From positions 768,001-832,000 of the forward strand of contig BK006946.2 in assembly GCA_000146045.2 (NCBI GenBank): 64,000 nt of DNA, written 5' to 3'. Below the pieces are notes generated by a model. That model saw only the letters and a program-made list of their open reading frames with translations. It did not search any database and was not told the origin of the DNA. This DNA is from TPA_inf: Saccharomyces. Its lineage: Eukaryota. Of the stretch, positions 33,772 through 43,232 are shown piece after piece. How positions within the stretch are numbered: the stretch's first letter is position 1; every line of letters begins with the position of its first letter. The position numbers and the translations under genes were made by a program.

Positions 33772-34704
33772 ATGAATTTATTACGAATGAATGCTTTAAC
33801 AAGCAAGGCTAGGTCAATAGAACGGTTAAAACAAACATTGAATATTTTATCCATTCGTAATCATAGACAATTCAGCACCATTCAACAAGGCAGCAAATAT
33901 ACCCTCGGGTTTAAGAAATACTTGACATTATTAAATGGAGAGGTTGGTTCTTTTTTCCATGATGTCCCTTTAGATTTGAATGAACATGAAAAGACCGTAA
34001 ATATGATTGTTGAAGTACCAAGATGGACAACTGGAAAATTTGAAATATCCAAAGAACTTAGGTTCAATCCGATCGTTCAAGATACGAAGAATGGCAAGCT
34101 TAGGTTCGTGAACAATATCTTTCCCTATCACGGCTATATACACAACTATGGTGCTATTCCCCAAACATGGGAAGATCCCACAATTGAACATAAACTGGGG
34201 AAGTGTGACGTGGCTTTGAAAGGTGACAATGATCCTCTTGATTGTTGCGAAATCGGTTCGGATGTTTTGGAAATGGGTTCCATTAAAAAGGTCAAGGTAT
34301 TAGGATCACTCGCTTTAATTGATGATGGAGAATTGGATTGGAAGGTCATAGTGATCGACGTAAATGATCCTTTATCCTCTAAAATAGATGACTTGGAAAA
34401 AATTGAGGAGTACTTTCCTGGGATTCTAGATACGACTAGGGAGTGGTTTAGAAAGTATAAAGTTCCAGCAGGGAAGCCATTAAATAGTTTCGCCTTTCAT
34501 GAACAGTATCAAAATTCCAATAAAACCATCCAAACTATAAAGAAATGTCACAATTCGTGGAAAAACCTCATTTCAGGATCACTCCAGGAGAAGTATGACA
34601 ACCTGCCTAATACAGAAAGGGCTGGTAATGGTGTCACACTTGAAGATAGTGTTAAACCCCCTTCTCAAATACCGCCTGAGGTGCAAAAATGGTATTACGT
34701 TTAA
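33772..34704 (+). CDS. PPA2: Mitochondrial inorganic pyrophosphatase, 310 aa
   Basis: N-terminal targeting sequence and the family I PPase signature DNDPLD (GDNDPLDCCEIG). It matches YMR267W. Confidence 0.93.
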   Translation: MNLLRMNALTSKARSIERLKQTLNILSIRNHRQFSTIQQGSKYTLGFKKYLTLLNGEVGSFFHDVPLDLNEHEKTVNMIVEVPRWTTGKFEISKELRFNPIVQDTKNGKLRFVNNIFPYHGYIHNYGAIPQTWEDPTIEHKLGKCDVALKGDNDPLDCCEIGSDVLEMGSIKKVKVLGSLALIDDGELDWKVIVIDVNDPLSSKIDDLEKIEEYFPGILDTTREWFRKYKVPAGKPLNSFAFHEQYQNSNKTIQTIKKCHNSWKNLISGSLQEKYDNLPNTERAGNGVTLEDSVKPPSQIPPEVQKWYYV

Positions 34705-34887
34705 TATGAAAATAATACCTTCGAAGAAAATGTTTAGATAAAGGTTCCTTGTATATAATTACGTAATCTCTGCTCTCTCGAATGTTGGCTGCTTGATGTA
34801 TGTGAACGTTTGGAAAGAAACTTGGGTTTATATTCACTGCTAAAATGACATCCTATTAGAAGTTCGTCTTTCTCCGGTTCGGTTAGT

Positions 34888-36222
34888 CTACTCACCTAGA
34901 AACATCTTGCGAAAATCGTCGTTGGACATCTGCTCTTGTTTGTCAGGAATTTTTTTCTTTACTTGAAGATTTGGTCCTTTTTCCATCATGTTTATACAAC
35001 TAGGTTTGACGTGTTTCATGCTGTGATTCTGTTGATTGTTATAATATCTTTTCATGTCATTAATAGTACCTGAACGTATCACCTTTCCCTGAAATTGAGA
35101 TCCATTTAGTATCATTAGCATTTTTGCTGCAAACTTACTATCTCTAAATATAATAATGGCGCCATTGAAGTCGCTAACGAGAAGTATTTTCCTAATATCT
35201 TTTTCATTGATGTGTATTTCTTCCTGAAGAAATTGGCAGATTAAGCTTGGTGACACCTTATCTGAAAGTGGAAATAAGCATATTAGTGTTTCTAGTTCTT
35301 TGCTGTTACGCGATGCGAGAAGTCTTTTGACTTCGTTTCTTTCTAAGAATGGTTTTTTATCAGCCAAGGAAACGGAAATTTCCCTATTACCTAACAAACT
35401 TCTATTCATTTGAAGTGCCCTTTCAGCAGAATCTTTATTTTCAAAAACCATAAATGCACAACAGTTATTGAAACTGTGCTCTTTCTGTCCAGCAGGTATG
35501 TTGATTTTTTCAATGGAACCAAATCCCTCAAAAGATTCCCTCAGAAGGTTTTCGTCGAGCAATTCTGTACTTAGGTTTCGTATCATAATCTCTCGCCCCT
35601 CTAGTGTGGCAGAATCGGTCCGTTTCGACTTTTCCAGCGGATTGGAAACTTTAGTAACTAAAGTATAACCTTCTATTTTGAGTCCATTCAATTTTTCTAC
35701 ACAATATCTTGCATCCTCTTTAGAAGTAACATCGATGTAAGCGAACCTTCTGCTTGTATTGAATCGTAAACTGGGAAGCCGTATACTGAGTGCAACAACG
35801 TTAATATCTTGCAATAGATCTCTAATATTTCTTTGAGTATAACTTGGGGGGAAATTCGTCATCCATAATGTGCATTCTGTTAAATGAGATACTATAATTT
35901 CATTCTGACCTACAACTTTGTGTGTTTTGGTTATTGCAGCGAGGGCTCCATCATACCTGGCAAATTCAATACGTGCAAAACGAAAGTTCTTCTTCAGCGA
36001 ATCCGCAACATCAACGTGTATAATGGGCCCACAATGTTTGAAGTACTTATAGACTTTGTTTTGATTATAGCTCTTAGGCAAATTTTTGACTAATACAGTT
36101 GTTAATTCTCTATTTCTTGTTAAAGCTTCGTTCGCCTTCTTAGAAGTTAATCCTGCGGCTGCTGGTGATCCTTCATCCAATGGTCGTTTTGAATCTGGTC
36201 TAGCGTGATGTCCATACTCCAT
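34888..36222 (-). CDS. PRP24: U6 snRNP RRM protein (U4/U6 annealing factor), 444 aa
   Basis: The product has four RRM-like modules and starts MEYGHHARPD. The first ATG is at 36222, and the track start is GTG. Confidence 0.9.
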   Translation of the reverse strand: MEYGHHARPDSKRPLDEGSPAAAGLTSKKANEALTRNRELTTVLVKNLPKSYNQNKVYKYFKHCGPIIHVDVADSLKKNFRFARIEFARYDGALAAITKTHKVVGQNEIIVSHLTECTLWMTNFPPSYTQRNIRDLLQDINVVALSIRLPSLRFNTSRRFAYIDVTSKEDARYCVEKLNGLKIEGYTLVTKVSNPLEKSKRTDSATLEGREIMIRNLSTELLDENLLRESFEGFGSIEKINIPAGQKEHSFNNCCAFMVFENKDSAERALQMNRSLLGNREISVSLADKKPFLERNEVKRLLASRNSKELETLICLFPLSDKVSPSLICQFLQEEIHINEKDIRKILLVSDFNGAIIIFRDSKFAAKMLMILNGSQFQGKVIRSGTINDMKRYYNNQQNHSMKHVKPSCINMMEKGPNLQVKKKIPDKQEQMSNDDFRKMFLGE

Positions 36223-36455
36223 TATCACAGATTATGAAGTGAATATGTGGGCTTGTTTATCGCTAATGATTCTCATATAATAAATATAAAGGGTTTTCAA
36301 TGTTGTAGTAAATCTGCCATTTTGAATAAGTTCCCGCCTGAAAATTTTTTAGCGATGACTTTAAAAAAGACATTGATGCACTCTACAATTCATTGTCATG
36401 ATGTACATAGAAAATTGAATGATACAAGCGGAAATATTATCAGAATAAATCGGAC

Positions 36456-37091
36456 ATGGATAGCAAAGAATATCTGATATCATATGGTTGGAAAGAAGGA
36501 GAAGCGTTTAGAGAAGGTGGTTTGAAAAGACCCATACTGGTAAAGCACAAGAGAGATAAGAAGGGATTGGGTAATGCTCCTGGCGGGAATGATGGCGAAG
36601 CATGGTGGGAAAGGCTATTTGATGGACATCTGAAGAACCTGGATGTAAGCACTGATTCGAATAATGGCAGTATTAAATTTACTCAAAATGAGGCAGTTGC
36701 TACTGCTGTATCGAAAAGTAGCTCACCTCTATACAGGTGGTTTGTAAAGGGAGAAGGGCTGAAAGGAACCATTACTAATCTTGGTAAAAAGGAGGAAGCC
36801 AGCTTTGTTGTATCTAGTGCAAGTTCGAGTAAAGGGAAGAAGAGAAGAAGGCGTGATGAAGATGATAACAAGGTCAAGAGAAAAAAATTGAAAAAAGATA
36901 AAAAGACTAGTAACGACAGTGAGAGTAAGAAGAAGAAGAAGAAGAAAAGCAAGAAGGAGAGTAAAAAAGGAAAGAAAAGTAAGCATAGCAGCGATGAAGG
37001 TGATAAATCGAAGCATAAAAAATCCAAAAAGTCAAAAAAACATAAAAAGGAAGAAAGTTCAGCAAGAAGAGATAGAAAGGAGCATATATGA
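36456..37091 (+). CDS. TMA23: Nucleolar ribosome-associated protein, 211 aa
   Basis: N-terminal G-patch-like region (GWKEGEAFREGGLKRPILVKHKRDKKGLG) and an extremely Lys/Ser-rich C-terminal tail. It matches YMR269W. Confidence 0.9.
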   Translation: MDSKEYLISYGWKEGEAFREGGLKRPILVKHKRDKKGLGNAPGGNDGEAWWERLFDGHLKNLDVSTDSNNGSIKFTQNEAVATAVSKSSSPLYRWFVKGEGLKGTITNLGKKEEASFVVSSASSSKGKKRRRRDEDDNKVKRKKLKKDKKTSNDSESKKKKKKKSKKESKKGKKSKHSSDEGDKSKHKKSKKSKKHKKEESSARRDRKEHI

Positions 37092-37325
37092 TTATCATAG
37101 TCTAATATGTAAATATGTATCCGTAAAAGACATTCTTAAAAGTTTGAATTTATGATCTTTTTATTTTTGTATTTAGTCTTTGTTTTCGAACTTTTATTAA
37201 TATTAAATTTCAGTAAGTAAATTAAAAGAACATCTTTAAAAGAGTATATTTATTGTTACATATGTTGATCTTAAAAGGAGATGAATATTTCTTAATGGAA
37301 AAAGGTAAAAAAAAGATTTTCTCAT

Positions 37326-38423
37326 TCATATGTTCCCATTAGGCAGTTCTATGAGGCAGTCGTCCAACTCGTAATCAGAGATCTCATTCTCATCCTCTAA
37401 GTAGCCCTTTACCTGAAAAAATGTTCTTTTGTTTAGAGCATCTTCCGTCTCTTCACGATTTAAGCGTTGTAGCTTGGATTTGTCCTTTGATGTCAACCGT
37501 TTATCCTTCAATAACTTTTCCACAGGTATGAAATCTTCTCTTGTTTTACTTAATAGCTCCTTTAAGTATGAACTGGTCTTTTTTGGCTGGTGATACTTTT
37601 TTAGAATTTGTTTGGGCAGTCTGAATTTTCTCTTTTTATACTTTTCTGGGATATCGTTATATAGCTCTAATGATTTCATGTAGATATCCGTCATATCCTC
37701 GTTCATTTCACAACCTCTTGAAACCAAGTCATGATATGTGTATTTAATTCGTCGATTGGCCTGCATGGGCTCGTCGTCTATCTGATTCGCCCTTATATTA
37801 TTAGAATGCTTATCTTGCCTTACATCGAATTCGTTCTCTTTGGCTATTTTATCATGCAACCCTTCGAATAAGCTGTCCAGTTTAACTAAGATATTCCGGG
37901 ATATTTCGTTTGGAATGTTCAATTCATCCACATCTAGAGTTACATCATGGTCCAAGGCAGACTTAGAGAGAAATTTTTGCCATTGAGCATCCAGCTCAAC
38001 CCTCATCATATCAGAGGCGTGCATTAAAGCCCTATTTGAGATCTCCCCCGGCTGTACGCTTACATTTGCAATACCTTCCGGTATATCTTCATACAATTTG
38101 TCTACACTAGGGTCAATAATTGTATTGGGATTAGGCCAGCTCGTCCAGTTATCCTTAATTTGGGTCTTCACAAACTGGTTTACTTCATAAAAATGTTTTT
38201 TTTCATTTGCCTTATACAATAGTCTTTTCAAGAGGTACGCAGAGTATAAATGCAACGAAAGGTCGACTCTGTGCGAGTGTTCTAGAGAATCTAATAATTC
38301 ATTTGCAGATTTCAAAGTCTCTTTATCAGCGGTTGTAGTGGTAAGCTCAGATCCTCGTATAATATCTTCGATAGGAGCATCGATCTGAGTTTCAATTTGA
38401 CTTTCTTCGTCAAGATCACTCAT
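37326..38423 (-). CDS. RRN9: RNA polymerase I upstream activation factor (UAF) subunit, 365 aa
   Basis: The ORF starts MSDLDEESQIETQID. The first ATG is at 38423, and the track start is TTG. Length matches YMR270C. Confidence 0.88.
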   Translation of the reverse strand: MSDLDEESQIETQIDAPIEDIIRGSELTTTTADKETLKSANELLDSLEHSHRVDLSLHLYSAYLLKRLLYKANEKKHFYEVNQFVKTQIKDNWTSWPNPNTIIDPSVDKLYEDIPEGIANVSVQPGEISNRALMHASDMMRVELDAQWQKFLSKSALDHDVTLDVDELNIPNEISRNILVKLDSLFEGLHDKIAKENEFDVRQDKHSNNIRANQIDDEPMQANRRIKYTYHDLVSRGCEMNEDMTDIYMKSLELYNDIPEKYKKRKFRLPKQILKKYHQPKKTSSYLKELLSKTREDFIPVEKLLKDKRLTSKDKSKLQRLNREETEDALNKRTFFQVKGYLEDENEISDYELDDCLIELPNGNI

Positions 38424-38864
38424 CAAAACCCCACGTAATGTTTGTTCTCAAATATATTTCGTCGTCCCGAAATCAGCACAGTTTTATAATGCAACTGTTA
38501 AATGTCTAGAGAGAAAAAACCGCCGACACATCAATATTTTCACCCTTTATGGCTAAACTTGAGTGTGATTCTTGCATCTGAGTAATCTTCAAACACGAAA
38601 GGCCTTTTTGTTTATTTTGTAGAAGAAAAATATTTTAGTGAAAAATTATGGAAAGTAGTAGAAATCCTCTCAAGTGAAGCATGACAAAAAGAAAAGTAAG
38701 AAACCTTAAAAGACACTAATAGTTGATGAATTACTATGCGAGAACTCACGTAACTCCAACAATAAAAAGCTATTTACGTATACTGATTAAAAAAGAATAC
38801 AAGAAAAATTTATTCTTTCCTATACAAACAATGATAATCAAATGGTCCATGTCAGTTCTATAGT

Positions 38865-39611
<747 letters not shown>

Positions 39612-40245
39612 TTAGTTCTTAATCTATATAAAAGAGCCTGTGATGGCCTTTTACCCTAGATTAGGAAGCGAAGGGGCCTTTCCCGAAAGGTTATGTATGA
39701 CTCCCTTGAAATGCATATGATAATTAAAACCAAAAAATGTTATGTGATTCTGAAAGGAAATGCTGTCATGTGAGTCAGGTGTAGAGCAGGTTAGAACAGT
39801 TTATATTACATAGTCTGAAAGGCACGTGAGAAAGTGCCATACCATTAGCCGAATACGTGAAATGTCTAAAAAAATACAAGTGAAAGAATAAAGTGCTAAA
39901 AAAACTATCAGGCTCTCAGAAGGCAATTTAGCCATATGTATACATATATATGTGTGTGTATAAACCTCATATAAGGGGCCCCAATGGTTTATCTAAAGGA
40001 TATCCTATTAGGACTTGTCTGTCACACGCAAAACTTCAAATGACATAATGATGAGCACTTGTCAAATAATTGAGTAACTTCTTCGATATCTCTGGTATGT
40101 AAAAATAAGTATATCGAGATGAGCGATTGTATCTGTATAGAGGTTGGTTTCTTTTTCTTACCTTTCTCTTTTTATTTTTTTCTCGCATTGGTTCAAAAAA
40201 AAAAAATGATGGTTTAAATTTCGTAAAATACGAAAAATGAAGGGA

Positions 40246-40317
40246 AGGTCCCACCCGGATTCGAACTGGGGTTGTTCGGATCAGAACCGAAAGTGATAAC
40301 CACTACACTATAGGACC
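40246..40317 (-). tRNA. tQ(CUG)M: tRNA-Gln, anticodon CUG (single-copy SUP70/CDC65 locus)
   Basis: The reverse complement is GGTCCTATAGTGTAGTGGTTATCACTTTCGGTTCTGATCCGAACAACCCCAGTTCGAATCCGGGTGGGACCT, with anticodon loop TTCTGAT (CUG). A T5 Pol III terminator lies immediately 3' on the minus strand. Confidence 0.93.
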
Positions 40318-40326
40318 TTTTTCTTC

Positions 40327-40536
40327 TGTTGTTAGTGTACACTAAAACTTCCGGTTTTATGGAACCTTTTTAAGAAAGATGGTCCCTATTTTAACAATAT
40401 CGCAAGCAATGGATCTTGTACTGGTACGGAAAACCGTATATACTAACAAATCTTAGGTTTCTACGTCTGACTAAAGAAAGAATTGTGAGTGAGGTTTATA
40501 GTAGAAGCTCTCCTCATGACTTTGGGCTATGTAAAT
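40327..40536 (-). repeat. LTR-like fragment (possibly sigma/Ty3-type, by position) abutting the tRNA-Gln 5' flank and interrupted by the tau insertion
   Basis: It starts with TGTTG about 10 bp from the tRNA 5' end, the Ty3-like position. The sequence is contiguous with 40912 onward once the tau element and its 5-bp TSD are removed. I cannot assign a family from memory. Confidence 0.35.
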
Positions 40537-40906
40537 TGTTGATAATTAGAGGTAAAAAATAGTATTAATGAAGAAATAATTACTGATCTTCTTATACTAA
40601 ATAAGAGAGGTATATAAAACACACGCCGATTGGTCATATTAATCATGACCAATATAATAGTGATTCCGGTAGTTACTATACATTTATGTGACGACTCATA
40701 TTCCTCATATATGTACCTACCATAACATGTTCAACTAATAGGTCTTTAACACAGCTTCAGTATTGTCTGAGCTTCTCGTTTAACATTCCTTCTGCAATAG
40801 GTGCAATCACACTTAAACGTATACGAGGTGTACATTAATATACGATGTAAGCATTAGATTGTTACCATAGCAACTCATGTCACTATTAATTACTCTCGTT
40901 CCAACA
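40537..40906 (-). mobile_element. Solo Ty4 tau LTR (~370 bp)
   Basis: The minus strand reads TGTTGGAACGAGAGTAATTAATAGTGACATGAGTTGCTATGG ... TACCTCTAATTATCAACA. It is flanked by a perfect 5-bp target-site duplication taaat (40532-40536 and 40907-40911). Confidence 0.85.
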
Positions 40907-40985
40907 TAAATGCAATTGATGATTTGCGCAACGCAGATACAGATTTTACTTTATTCTTCGTGCCTAAAATGGACCATCGTTTCAC

Positions 40986-41270
40986 TTACTAGCCGTTGTT
41001 TACTAAGATATAGTTGTATACGGTGTGGAGGATGATAAGATCATTGGACCAATATAACTATATAAATGTCGGCACCAGTTTAATGGAACCTCGAATGCAA
41101 TTACTGATAACGGAATGGATTAAGAAATGATTAGGTATGAGGTACTCTTATAGTATGTAGAATTTCTGATTTGCTTATGTGTTCATTTATTCTCGAGAAG
41201 AACCCTTAGTATATTCTGTGTCCTAATATTACAAAAAGTCAATGAGAGTCTAGGGACTATCAGATAACTT
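40986..41270 (+). repeat. Degenerate, truncated Ty1/2 delta LTR remnant
   Basis: Blocks resembling delta, including ATACGGTGTGGAGGATGATAAG, GGATTAAGAAATGATTAGGTATGAGG and TTCTCGAGAAGAACCCTTAGTATATTCTGTGTCCTAATATTACAAAAAG. It is 5'-truncated and heavily mutated. Confidence 0.5.
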
Positions 41271-41622
41271 CACTGTGCTCATCTTGATTCCTGTTCTAAC
41301 GACAGTAACACAGGATACGGTTAGTATTTTTTTGCCAACCTGATCTGTGAAAGAAAAATGTACCTGTCAATTCGGTTCTTTTTTGAGGCCGCTTTTTCGT
41401 ATAGTCGTCATCGATTGGATATTCGTTTAAGAAATAACGTGCTTGTTCATCGATTTCATCTATGATTCCATTCCATGTGTATGTATATATACGTAGTTAC
41501 ATATAATAATATAAATAAAGATTTGAAATAAATATGTCGCAGAAAAGAACTTTGCTCAAGATTTCATTGCTCGTAATGTTGTTTTTCCTAGGTTGACAAT
41601 TTTGGACGAGGCTGACCAATAA

Positions 41623-42777
41623 TTATTCATATTTCATTTTGGACAATGGGGCATCGGGGCCTAAGTAGGTGCCAAAAACTTCGTCCCAAAACCAGGATGT
41701 GACGCCAAATCCCAGTTGGTAGTTTTTATAATGATGTTCCAGGTGATATTTTTTCAACTTACGCATGAAGGGAGGCAATTTAGAGTGGTGCAAGAAGAAA
41801 TGACATTCGTCATAACAGACATAACCGAAAAGACCGCCAGCAAAACCAGCGTAAGCCCAATAAAGTGGCAGCAGAGCAAATACCAACTTGTAAAATGGAG
41901 CACAAAGGATGACGAACAGAGTAGGTGGCATAACTAAACGGTACTTGTCCATGGGCAAGTAATGATGGCAACCATGTAGTAGAAAATGTGTGGCGAATGC
42001 GATGTTACTTTCAGGTAACCAATCATCGAAATGAAATAGGAAACGGTGAAGACCGTATTCAATCAAAGTCCAAACAAAGACACCGACACAGAACAAGAAA
42101 CATGCAAATAGCTGGTTCATGTTCTTCAAAGCAACACCCATGTGGTACACAACTACAGGCAACCAAGCAACTGGAACAACCCACCAAGCTGTTTTAGTTA
42201 ATGGTTCCAAGAAATTACCAAATAGCGGGGCAGACCCCTTACCGTAATGTCTTGGTCTATGGATTTGGTCAACGTAAAAATCTTTCTTGAAATCACTACG
42301 CAGAATCTGCATCAGCAAAGGACGGTTCAGATCCAAAAATTTATGCTTTTTGTAGTCGTTACTGTAGTCCGTAGCAATACTTAGTTTCTCCTCGGCGGGC
42401 AACTCCTTTACAAAAGTAGTGGAGTCAAACTCAGTACCGTCAGCTGACAACTGCACTTCAACCTTATGGTTCTTGTTAGTCAACAATCTCGCTGCCTCTT
42501 CGTCAGTTGCCAAGTAACCAATCAAATATTCGTCCTCAAGGATTTCATACGCGGAGTCGCTGTGTTCATGCACATCTGAGTCTTTCATGATCTCAGTAAT
42601 GTCCTTACCAGCATAGTCCAAGATGGACTCGTCACCACCAGGGTGTTCGCTCAAAAACCTGGTCACGTCATAAATCTTTCTGTTTTGATAAGTGACCCAG
42701 CAGTCATTGGCAGTATTGTGTTCTTGTACCGTCTTTTTTGAAAACAGTTCCAAAGTCTTGGAAGTATTAGTCGACAT
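41623..42777 (-). CDS. SCS7: Sphingolipid fatty-acid alpha-hydroxylase with an N-terminal cytochrome b5 domain, 384 aa
   Basis: Cytochrome b5 heme motif HPGGDE, multiple transmembrane segments and di-iron histidine boxes ([24 protein letters not shown]). It matches YMR272C. Confidence 0.94.
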
Positions 42778-43232
42778 CTTCGTACTAGTTTTAGCTTACC
42801 ACCGCTTTTAGTGCCTGCCACGATAACAATAGAAAAAAAAACTAATCAAAGACAATAGACACAATAGCTTCTACTATCTAATACCTCTGTTCTTATACGG
42901 TTCCAAATTGAAAAAAAAATTAACTGCGAAAAGATGTCACACGTCAGTAAATCCGCGCAAAACCCCGTTATATTTCCGACGTCGTGCGGTAGTTTCTGCG
43001 CGGAACGGCCCCGCGGAATAGGCACATTTTCTTCCGGCCGCAGAAAGCTCTCTTTATCAAAAGCAAGACTGTTTTCGGCTATTGTATTATGAGAAGTTTG
43101 GTGTTTGTCCAACTTTCCCTGTTGTCCTGGGAAATATTCTGTGGGGAACGTAGCTTTGTGAGCATGAAAGCTATCTTTTCGTGTATGTACGTGTGATGTG
43201 TATATGTCTATGTATGCAGCGCTGAAGCCTTT

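Noticed and set aside
36683-37155. Several overlapping ORFs antisense to or out of frame with the TMA23 Lys-rich tail (36683-37027 minus, 36729-37016 minus, 36907-37098 minus, 36919-37155 plus)
   Set aside because: They are produced by the AAG/AAA-rich coding repeat. Their translations are Phe/Leu-rich nonsense with no conservation expected.
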